Shown here: positions 55,767-64,000 of the stretch, one piece after another
Position numbering within the stretch: the first letter of the stretch is position 1
Layout of the letters: each line of letters starts with the position of its first letter
Program-made: the position numbers and the translations under genes
Assembly (NCBI GenBank): GCA_965243135.1
Contig: OZ251539.1
Location: 544,001-608,000 of the forward strand
Direction of reading: 5' to 3'
Source: Alphaproteobacteria bacterium
Lineage (GTDB): Bacteria; Pseudomonadota; Alphaproteobacteria; MPNO01; UBA830
Length of the DNA: 64,000 bases
Notes under the pieces: generated by a model
Database searches by the model: none
Told to the model about the DNA's origin: nothing
What the model saw: only the letters and a program-made list of their open reading frames with translations

Positions 55767-57420
55767 CGAGCAGGCTGACGATCGTGATGGCGAGGGCGGT
55801 CCAGCCGACGACTTGCGGCACGAAACGCGCTTCGTAACGCCAGGCAGCGGCTTCGGTCACCGTGAACAGGAACGCTGCGGCGAAAAACAGATATATCCAG
55901 GTGTTGCCGTCGAAACGCGGGGCTTCGAAGCGGAGAGCGCCGCCCTCGTTTTTCATTTCGCGGATCAGCGGCAGCGCGAGCACCACCAGCGCAACGACGA
56001 ACAGGACGATCACGAGCCAGTTGGATATCCATTCGAATCCGTAACGCTTGGAGGAGATCCAGAGATATCGTTCGATAATGCCGCCGAGCACCACGCCCAG
56101 AATCACCGGCGGGCGCGGCCATCCCATGCGTTTCATAACCCAGCCGACGAGGCCGAAGACGACGAGGATCACCAGATCGCCCCAGTCGCGGTTCCCCTGG
56201 AACGCGCCCACGAACAGAACCGCGAGGATCAACGGCAGGATGATGGCGTGGCGGACCTGCGAGATGCGCGCGAACTGGTTCGAGAAAAGGAAGCACACTC
56301 CCGCGCCGAGAATGTTGGCGAGAGCGACCGACCAGACCATGGAATAGGTCACTTCCAGATTCGTGGTCAGCATGTCGGGACCGGGAATCAGACCCTGTAT
56401 CAGGAAGGCGCCGAGCAGGATCGCCATCTGCGCGCTTCCCGGGACGCCGAAGGCGATGGTCGGCACCAGCGCGCCCCCTTCCTTGGCGTTGTTCGAGCCT
56501 TCGGAGGCGAGCACGCCGCGAACGTCGCCGGTGCCGAAGCTTTTGAGCGCGTTCTTTTCGGTGCTGGCTGCATGCCCGTAGGCGATCCAGTCGATCACGG
56601 CGCTGCCCATGCCGGGAATCGATCCGAGCCCGGCGCCGATCGCGCCGCAACGGAGCACGAGAAACCAGTTGCGGAAGGTGTCCTTGATGCCTTCCCACTG
56701 TCCGGTCTTGGTGTCGACCGCCGAGTCGCCGGCGACCGATCGCCGGGCGATCGCCATGTCGGCGAGTTCGGGCAGGGCGAAGAGTCCAAGCGTTATGGGG
56801 ATGATCGACAGGCCGTCCCAGAGATACAGCCAGCCGTAGGTCCAGCGATGGACGCCGACCTGCGGATCCTGTCCGACGAAGGCGATCATCAGACCGAAGC
56901 CGGCGGCCGCAAGGCCGCGCAACGGCGATCCGCCCGAAAGCGCGGAGACCATGCACAGTCCGAATACGGCGAAAGCCAGCAGTTCCGGGGAACCGACCTC
57001 GAGCATGACCGGCCGCAGAATCGGAACTGAGACGCCGAGCATGAGCGCCCCGAAAATGCCGCCGGCCAGAGAGGCGGTGTAGGCGGCGCCGAAAGCGCGG
57101 CCTGCCTGTCCCCGCTTGGCGAGGGGATGTCCGTCGAGCACCGTGGCGGCGGAGCCCGCCGTTCCGGGCACGCCGAACAGCACTGCCGGAATCGTGTCCG
57201 ATGTCGTCGTTACGGAGCCCATGCCGAGGAGGAAGGCGAAAGCGGAATAGGCGTCCATGTCGAAGGTGAACGGCAACAGCAGCGCCATTCCGACGATTCC
57301 GCCGAGGCCGGGGATCACGCCCAGAGCCAGGCCGATCAGCACTCCGGCGAACAAGTACGCGAGTCGCTCGGCTTCAAGCAGGATCAGCAGGGCGTCGCCC
57401 GCCGTAGTCAGCATTTCCAT
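55762..57420 (-). pseudogene. tctA: Tripartite tricarboxylate transporter TctA(-TctB fusion), interrupted by the prophage
   Basis: AVLFGVPGT..ATVLDGHPLA, EGSNNAKEGGALVPTIAFGVPGS; reads into the phage end to a stop at 55711. Confidence 0.9.
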
Positions 57421-57511
57421 CGCCGGTTCACTCGCTGGCGGCGTTCACAGAGTCCCCGAGAAGGATCGCGCCCGGGAGTCGCGGACCTCGTCCGCGCGGC
57501 GCATCGACTCT

Positions 57512-58795
57512 CTACTTGCAGTCGAAAGCCTTCGCGAGAGTTCCCTGATAGGTGAGCTTGCAGGCCATGCCGACCTTGAGAGCCTTGCGCTTGGTCCTCT
57601 GGCCGCCGATCGCGATCTTGGTCCTGGATCCAGAAACGCTGACGGCCCATTTCCTGCCGCCGCCCTCGACCGTGACCTTCCGACCGCCGCGCTTGATCGT
57701 GGTGATTTCCCCTTCAAGGGTTTCGATCGGAATGACGGCCTTGGAGATCTCGGTTTTGGTGTCGTCGGACGAGGCTACCGAGGCGAGCTTGATGATGTTT
57801 TCCGGCGTCTTGTAGAGTTCGGCGACCAGCGATGCGACCTTCGGGCCCGAGAGCGGCGATACGTCGAGCTTCTGCTTCTTCGCGTCGGCGAGGAACTCGG
57901 GATCGGTCATGGTCGCCATGAAGGCGGCCTGAAGGGCCTTGGCGCGGTCCGCCGGCACTCCGGGCGGCGCGATGTAGGGCCGGCCCCATGCCTGACGCGA
58001 GAAGATGAACGCGAGGATCGCCTTCTGATCGTCCGTCTTTGCGTAATCCATGATGAAGGGCACGCCCATTTCCGTCAGTTCCGGATGCGGTTCGGTCGAC
58101 ATCTGGACCAGCAAGTTGATCTTCTTGTCCTTGAGCCACTGGGGCCGGGTGGACTTCACCGAGGACCAAGACCAGGCGCAGCGTCCGTCGAGTTCGCCGC
58201 GTTCGGTCGCGAAATTGATGTCGTTCCCGCCGGGATAACCGGTGATCAGCTTCATCTTCGAGCCGAACACGTAGTTGATCACCTTCGGAAAGTTGTCGGT
58301 GTCGGCGCCCGGTCCGACGCCGCCGACGACAAAAGGCATCGCGAGCATGTCGTCGAAGGCTCTGATCTTCGAGGTATGCCACGACACGCAGAGGCTGACT
58401 TCGTTGTTCATCGTGCCCAGCCAGGTGAACTTGGTGGCGTCGAATCTGGCTTCCTTGGTGCCGAGCAGCGGCTCGTGGGTCTGGCCGCGCCCCACCGTGG
58501 CGAACACCGTGCCGTCCTTCGGAAGCGAGTTGTAGAGCTCGTTGGTGAGGATCATCGAGCCTGCGCCGGTGCGGTTCTTTACGACGATTCGCGGTTTGCC
58601 GGGAATGTGGCGGCCCATGTGCCGCGCCAGCGTCCGCGAATAACGGTCGTAGCCGCCGCCTGCGGAGAATCCGACGTAGAGCGTGAGGCGCTTCTTCTCG
58701 TAGAAATCCGCCACCGCGTCCGCCGAAACCGGCGGCGCGGCGAAGGACGAGGCCGCCAGCAGCGCGGCGGACAGCGCAAGCGTCGAGCGTTTCAT
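57512..58795 (-). CDS. tctC: TctC/Bug-family periplasmic binding protein
   Basis: Signal peptide, GFSAGGGYD, GAGS, ITGYPGG..ERGELDG. Confidence 0.88.
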   Translation of the reverse strand: MKRSTLALSAALLAASSFAAPPVSADAVADFYEKKRLTLYVGFSAGGGYDRYSRTLARHMGRHIPGKPRIVVKNRTGAGSMILTNELYNSLPKDGTVFATVGRGQTHEPLLGTKEARFDATKFTWLGTMNNEVSLCVSWHTSKIRAFDDMLAMPFVVGGVGPGADTDNFPKVINYVFGSKMKLITGYPGGNDINFATERGELDGRCAWSWSSVKSTRPQWLKDKKINLLVQMSTEPHPELTEMGVPFIMDYAKTDDQKAILAFIFSRQAWGRPYIAPPGVPADRAKALQAAFMATMTDPEFLADAKKQKLDVSPLSGPKVASLVAELYKTPENIIKLASVASSDDTKTEISKAVIPIETLEGEITTIKRGGRKVTVEGGGRKWAVSVSGSRTKIAIGGQRTKRKALKVGMACKLTYQGTLAKAFDCK

Positions 58796-58882
58796 GTTTT
58801 CCTCCTGTCTTTCCGAGCCTGTTTCGCTATAGTGGATTCAAGCCGCGCGCCGTACAACCCTCGCAAAGGACGGAATTCCGAG

Positions 58883-59335
58883 ATGCAAGCGCCTGTCCGC
58901 AAATCCGCTGCGGGGAAGCGGCCCCGCAGCCCGCAGAAATTCGCCTACGTCAAGCCCTCGTCCGGGACCGGCGGCAAGTCGATCGTTTCCCTGTGCCAGA
59001 CCGACATCATTCGCGGCGCCGTGCAGGTGGTCAGGGAGGGCGGCGACAACAACCTCCATTCGCATACCGGCATGGACGGATTCTGGATGGTGCTGCAGGG
59101 AAGAGTCCGATTTTACGGTCTGGAAGACGAGGTTCTCGGAGAATTCGGCCGGCACGAAGGGATCGCGATGCCGCGCAACGCCCAATACTGGTTCGAGAGC
59201 TGCGGCGACGAGGAACTGGAACTGCTTCAGGTCGTCGCCTTCGACCGCGACGTGAAGAACGAACGGGTGGACGCAACCGCGCGGAAGTTCGACGTCGACG
59301 CGGTGGAACGCTTCGACGGGCGCGTGCGGGACTGA
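58883..59335 (+). CDS. Cupin-domain protein
   Basis: GGDNNLHSHTGMDGFWMVLQG..MPRNAQYWF. Confidence 0.8.
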   Translation: MQAPVRKSAAGKRPRSPQKFAYVKPSSGTGGKSIVSLCQTDIIRGAVQVVREGGDNNLHSHTGMDGFWMVLQGRVRFYGLEDEVLGEFGRHEGIAMPRNAQYWFESCGDEELELLQVVAFDRDVKNERVDATARKFDVDAVERFDGRVRD

Positions 59336-59412
59336 AATTCGCGGATGCCGCGGGGCGACCCCGCACGGCGCGGCGTTACAGACCCGGCCGCCGTTCGCCG
59401 GGGGCGGTTCGC

Positions 59413-59796
59413 TCAGCCGGCGCGCCAGAGGCGAAGACCGCAGGCGCCCACGACCAGAACGAAAAGCGGATCGATGAACGCCCACATCAGCGGCTCCTCG
59501 CGGGACATCAGATCGCCGAACCAGTTCCAGAAGAACCACAGGAAGAGAAGCAGCGATCCGCCCAAGAGGATTTTGGCTTCGCATCCCTCGCCCGGCTTCG
59601 GCAGAGCGCTGGAGATCAGGGCGACGAGAACGCCCGCCGCCATGAACCAGTTGAGAACGCTCCATACCGGAAAGCCGGTGGTTCCGTCGTCGTAGAGCGG
59701 CGTGGCGATGAAGTTCACGCCGACGGCGACGGCAATCAGAAGCGCGTATGCGCCGAGAATTCGTTGGATCATGGTCCTGACTCCGTCTTCGTTCAT
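59413..59796 (-). CDS. Four-TM membrane protein
   Basis: Four hydrophobic helices. Confidence 0.7.
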   Translation of the reverse strand: MNEDGVRTMIQRILGAYALLIAVAVGVNFIATPLYDDGTTGFPVWSVLNWFMAAGVLVALISSALPKPGEGCEAKILLGGSLLLFLWFFWNWFGDLMSREEPLMWAFIDPLFVLVVGACGLRLWRAG

Positions 59797-60025
59797 GAGC
59801 GATCGTCACTCGACACGGCCTCGGAAAGGCCGACGAGAGTACCATATCTCTTGCGTGCGACGAACCGCACGTTTGGAAATCCGGCCGGTCCAGTCGTCGT
59901 CAAGCCTCTTTCCGATGGATGCCGGTGGACTTTTTTCGAGGTGGAATTTCAATCAAGCCGAACTTCTGTGAGGTACGTCGGAAGTGGATGAAGAGGTTGG
60001 CTCTGAACTATTTCCGCCGGTTCGC

Positions 60026-61645
60026 TCAATTTTCTTGCCCTGCTTCGTATTCGGCGACACGATTTCCTATTTCAGACCATGCGTTGTAAAGTTCTTCAGC
60101 CACGCCTTCACATCCGGAAATTAACCCGCCAATATCCGGGTCGACCTTGATCTCTTCGACAACGGAGCCCTTGGGACGCTTTTTCGCTCTGAATAACCAC
60201 GCCCCAAATTGATCAGGACTCAAAGCGTCCTTCGCCCCACTGATTCCGTGCCTTTTCCGTTCCGGAAGAGAAGACAGGCGAACCATATTGGCGAACTGGT
60301 CCAATAGCCACTCGCTGTGCGTCGTGACAATGACTCGAATTCCGGCATTCACGATATGAGCGATCTGTCGGGCGAGAACCGCTTGCATGGCCGGGTGCAG
60401 ATGCGATTCGGGTTCTTCAATAATCAGAAGATCTCCGCGTTCGACAAAATGCCGCAGATACAACGCGATGGGCGCAAGTTCCGACACCATGGAAGAGGCG
60501 TTCATCAACGGCAAAGGCCTTTTCCATTTCTTTGGCAGATAAGTAAACGATGGATAACCGGTCTCCGAATGCTCCGTCTGCACCGAACCTTCGAGAATTT
60601 CCCTTTCGAGGTCCTGGGCAAGTCGCTCTCCCAACTCTTCCTTTCTTGTTCCGTCGTCCAATATAATCAGATGCTCAAGATAATCTGCCAAGACGCCCGA
60701 CAATTGCGGTGCTTGGGCGGTACGTCGGGTGCCCGCCATAGCCGCTCTGTCGACCAGAGCGCCTACAACCGCACGGTGAGAACGCATCACCCTGGCTCGG
60801 TCGGCTGGAAGATAGAACGCAAATCGCGTAAACGGATCTAGAATCTTAAGGATAACCGTTTCCGCAATTTCGTAAGCAAAATCCGTTGCCAAATTTCGAG
60901 AGTCGTCGGAATCTTGAATCAAGTTGGCCGGCAGCAAATCAAAACGCTTGATTTTTTCCGCAAACCGATGAATGTCGCTATCGAACTGGAAAGCGGTATC
61001 CAGCGGAAATGTCGCAGAAAGCTTGGAGTTTTTTCGTTTCATGGAGAAATCGAAATTTAGCGTCGTATCGGGGTGTGAAATTTGAGAAATATCCGTCTGT
61101 AAGATTATTCGTGCGCAGTTTGAATTTCCGTGACGGATCAATCTCGAAGCTTCCTCAACACCAAGACAGCGTCGTATTTCTTCATTAAGATAAGGGTTCG
61201 AATCCGTTATTTCGGTAATTATTGAGCTGATAAGCGAATTGATTTGGCGCGGCAAAGGAATAAGAGAAGCGGTACTTAGTTCACCGGACTTCGAATCGGC
61301 AAATATGCGTTTCGTCCAATCAATCAAGACTTCGGCGTCGTTTTTCGACAACCTTCTCCTGCTTGCCGGAGAACTCCTGTACGACGGGATCCGGTTATTT
61401 CTCATAAGCGGACGCCGATAGCGAAAATCACCGCTTCCAAGGAAGCGATGCAATGCATAGATCAACGTGGCCAAATAGGATTTTCCGGCGTTGCTCGGAC
61501 CGACGAACACAGTGAGAGGTCGCAGGTCAACGGCGGCTTCGATGATTGGCCCGAAGTTGGCTACTGACAGCCTAAATGGGTTCATTGCCGTAACTTGATC
61601 CATTTGTTCAATTTGGAAGATGTCTCTACGCGGAAAAATAGTCAA
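60026..61645 (-). CDS. AAA_15/AAA_21-type ABC ATPase (defence-associated class)
   Basis: NFGPI, VGPSNAGKS, ASSMVSEL, IIEEPESHLHP, TTHS; true start may be ATG about 61587. Confidence 0.85.
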   Translation of the reverse strand: MTIFPRRDIFQIEQMDQVTAMNPFRLSVANFGPIIEAAVDLRPLTVFVGPSNAGKSYLATLIYALHRFLGSGDFRYRRPLMRNNRIPSYRSSPASRRRLSKNDAEVLIDWTKRIFADSKSGELSTASLIPLPRQINSLISSIITEITDSNPYLNEEIRRCLGVEEASRLIRHGNSNCARIILQTDISQISHPDTTLNFDFSMKRKNSKLSATFPLDTAFQFDSDIHRFAEKIKRFDLLPANLIQDSDDSRNLATDFAYEIAETVILKILDPFTRFAFYLPADRARVMRSHRAVVGALVDRAAMAGTRRTAQAPQLSGVLADYLEHLIILDDGTRKEELGERLAQDLEREILEGSVQTEHSETGYPSFTYLPKKWKRPLPLMNASSMVSELAPIALYLRHFVERGDLLIIEEPESHLHPAMQAVLARQIAHIVNAGIRVIVTTHSEWLLDQFANMVRLSSLPERKRHGISGAKDALSPDQFGAWLFRAKKRPKGSVVEEIKVDPDIGGLISGCEGVAEELYNAWSEIGNRVAEYEAGQEN

Positions 61646-61777
61646 TTACACCCACTATCAACTCCGAAGCTGCCAGCCGACTGTCGGGGAACGAGAGAAG
61701 GCGCCTAGAGATCGATCGATCTCCGAACTGGTTTTCGTCGGCAAGCATGGCCAAGAAACGAAAGAGTCGGACCGCAG

Positions 61778-62842
61778 TCAGCCGCCAAGGCCTTCTTCCG
61801 GCTCCCCTGCTCGAATGGAATGCGCCTGCGGGAGCGAGCGCCAGTGCCGGCGGACCGCGTCTGCAATCCAATCAAGATTTAGAAGGCAGGTATCGTCGCT
61901 CGGAGGCGTTGGATCTTCCGGGATCAGAACCGCAGCGTACCGGCGCACCTGCTTGTCGGACTTGTCGCGCTGGCCAAGGTTGCCCAAATCCGGCGCTTGA
62001 TCTGCCCGCAGTTTCGCCTGCATGAGTCCGACGACTTCACCCTTGACGTCGCTTCCCAGCCCGTCGATGCCGCCATCGCCCGGACCGCCCGTATGACTCC
62101 AGATCTCATCCGGGTGCTCCAGCTGCAGCAATGACACGATCAAATGTTCGAAGGAGCTCGGGTAGAGCGCGTCGATGAGGCGTTGCCCGATTTGCTCGGG
62201 GTCGAGCGTCCATTCCGGTATTGGGTCCGCGCTGCTGGAGAGAATTCGGTCGAGAACGCCGTAGGCCGTCGTGTCCTCGTCGAGCGGATGATTGGCAAGC
62301 CAACCGTAGGTCGATCTTCCGAGCATTGAGGAGCGCAACCATCCGGGCAACTTGGGAAGAGCGACTTGCCGATACTTATCGACTTTCCAACTTTGCGCGA
62401 CATCCGTGACATGGCGATCCTCGTCGTAATTATGCAGGCCTTGGTCTTTTCGGAGTTGTTCGTAATAACCCGCCCATTCGGGAGAGTCGACGATGTGGAA
62501 TTCGCCGACGATCCTCGCAACGTATGCGCGACCTTCGCTGGGGCGGGGAACCACGACGATAGAGCCCTGCGTCACTTCCCGAACGAAATTCCTATTCCGG
62601 GTGTACGGGATCCGTTTACGCCCCACCCTCCCATTGGCTTCAAGCGCACCTTTCCATTCCTCGTCGTCGGCTTTGGCCGGATCGAGAAGGCAGGATCGAA
62701 GAGCATCCGGATTGTAATTTTCGGGTTCCCGGAGCAACGGGTAACCGATGAATACGCGCCCAGCCTTCCTGAATATGTCGAACGCGTCCGCATTTTGAGG
62801 CCTCGCTCTACAGAAGAAGGCGTACGGCTGACCTTGGTTCAT
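61778..62842 (-). CDS. Mrr-like restriction endonuclease
   Basis: FEHLIVSLL..GDGGIDG..MQAK catalytic motif; RBS GGAGG. Confidence 0.75.
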   Translation of the reverse strand: MNQGQPYAFFCRARPQNADAFDIFRKAGRVFIGYPLLREPENYNPDALRSCLLDPAKADDEEWKGALEANGRVGRKRIPYTRNRNFVREVTQGSIVVVPRPSEGRAYVARIVGEFHIVDSPEWAGYYEQLRKDQGLHNYDEDRHVTDVAQSWKVDKYRQVALPKLPGWLRSSMLGRSTYGWLANHPLDEDTTAYGVLDRILSSSADPIPEWTLDPEQIGQRLIDALYPSSFEHLIVSLLQLEHPDEIWSHTGGPGDGGIDGLGSDVKGEVVGLMQAKLRADQAPDLGNLGQRDKSDKQVRRYAAVLIPEDPTPPSDDTCLLNLDWIADAVRRHWRSLPQAHSIRAGEPEEGLGG

Positions 62843-62921
62843 TTGTACGTTCCTCCCTCTTCGGTATCGGCATCCTTAGCGGGACGCGGTTTCTTCGTCT
62901 TTTTCCTCAGAAGGGTTTCGT

Positions 62922-62981
62922 CATCTAAAGCTTGCATCAGCATCTAAAGCTTGCATCAGCATCTAAAGCTTGCATCAGCAT
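62922..62981 (+). repeat. 19-bp tandem repeat, 3 copies (CATCTAAAGCTTGCATCAG)
   Basis: Exact copies at 62922, 62941 and 62960 plus partial CAT. Confidence 0.95.
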
Positions 62982-64000
62982 ATGTCACCCTCCTGTCTTT
63001 TCGCAATCCTTTGAACTAGCTCGAATACTCGCTTTCTAAGTTCTTTGTGATCGATTCGTCCCAACACTGTCAGATCTTGTTCAGTACGCTTCCAGAGCAA
63101 TCTAATTGGAGATTTTGGCCATTTATCATCGGAAATTTTGCGGCCGACGCCGTTGCTTCGAAAATGGCAAGCTAAATATGTATACCTACCACGGCGGACG
63201 AAACGGCCGGTGCAATTTGGTGCGGAACTGTGGTGTCCATCGTTCGGAAGATTAAGCCGGATGATCGGTTTACGCATGTTAGACTCCAGACCGAAACAGT
63301 TGAAATGCGTTATTCTATCCAAACGATCCTTAGGATCGTTATAGTCCAACGCGCACCATATTCCAGAATTCTTATGAAAATAAATCCGTTCGATGGTAGT
63401 ACCGTACACTGCCCCGATTCTGCATGGTTCCGCACCTTCGATCAGAGTCTTTTTCATTAGCTTGAAAGCATCTCGGATATCATCCGGACTCTTCACCGGA
63501 GTCCAGTCGCTCGATTTCGGGATCACGCTCGCTCGCGTGGATCCGGTGATCGATCTCGCGGAGTCCCTTCGCGGCCGCTTCTTGTATTCGTTTGCTGGCT
63601 TCCCTAAAGTCCCTAAAGACGGTAGGGAATTAGTAGGTCCGACAATTTCCCGAAGCTCCTTAGACGGCTGATTATTCTCGCGGTCTCTCCGGTAGTCATC
63701 GATAGTGTCGCCGCTTGCATCTTCTAATTGATCCCACCGCTTCTTAAACCACTCTAATGCCGCTTCGTATGCTTCGTATCTTCGGGTTTCGTAAATTACT
63801 TCAACATTTCCTCCCTCAAAACCGGATCTAGTAAAATTTGCGCTCCCGATCCATACAACATTCGAGGCATTACCAGACCGAAAAATGTAGACCTTTGGGT
63901 GAAACAGTCCCCCGTCGTCGACAAGACGAAGCTTTCCGAGTTCTCTCAGGCGCTCCAGAGCATCTGGTTCGGTGGCGTTCCCGTGCGTTCCCGCGAGAAC
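62975..64000 (-). CDS. PLD/HKD-family nuclease-domain protein, 5'-truncated by the window edge
   Basis: Frame open from 64000: LFHPKVYIF..WIGSANFT..NVE, continuous with ORF 62975-63526. Confidence 0.85.
   Translation of the reverse strand, partial: VLAGTHGNATEPDALERLRELGKLRLVDDGGLFHPKVYIFRSGNASNVVWIGSANFTRSGFEGGNVEVIYETRRYEAYEAALEWFKKRWDQLEDASGDTIDDYRRDRENNQPSKELREIVGPTNSLPSLGTLGKPANEYKKRPRRDSARSITGSTRASVIPKSSDWTPVKSPDDIRDAFKLMKKTLIEGAEPCRIGAVYGTTIERIYFHKNSGIWCALDYNDPKDRLDRITHFNCFGLESNMRKPIIRLNLPNDGHHSSAPNCTGRFVRRGRYTYLACHFRSNGVGRKISDDKWPKSPIRLLWKRTEQDLTVLGRIDHKELRKRVFELVQRIAKRQEGDIC

Noticed and set aside
59797-60025. Partner gene downstream of the ABC ATPase
   Set aside because: Only short minus-strand frames with early stops were found
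62922-62981. Possible CRISPR array
   Set aside because: Units are contiguous with no spacers and no cas genes are visible

Overview
High-GC alphaproteobacterial chromosome segment (DUF3126, map-sfsA-cinA, GcrA-like genes). 1-14.6 kb and 55.8-59.8 kb are host genes for aromatic/organic-acid uptake and catabolism. They include a GST whose active-site Cys codon is an in-frame TGA followed by a SECIS-like hairpin (probable selenoprotein). An apparently complete 41,165-bp Mu-like transposable prophage with a non-contractile tail (14597-55761; TG...CA ends, 5-bp target duplication ATGGG) splits a tctA-tctB fusion gene in frame. The prophage has an unusual two-armed layout with a central cI/cro switch: capsid and tail genes run leftward, while transposase, lysis, terminase and portal run rightward. 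Its putative transposase-binding end sites all contain GANTC. It also carries two GcrA-like proteins, a stand-alone type III Mod C-terminal domain, a Cre-like recombinase and a possible Acb2/Tad1-like protein. From about 60 kb a lower-GC defence-like island begins (PLD nuclease, Mrr-like nuclease, ABC-type ATPase). All assignments come from reading motifs by eye; no database searches were run.
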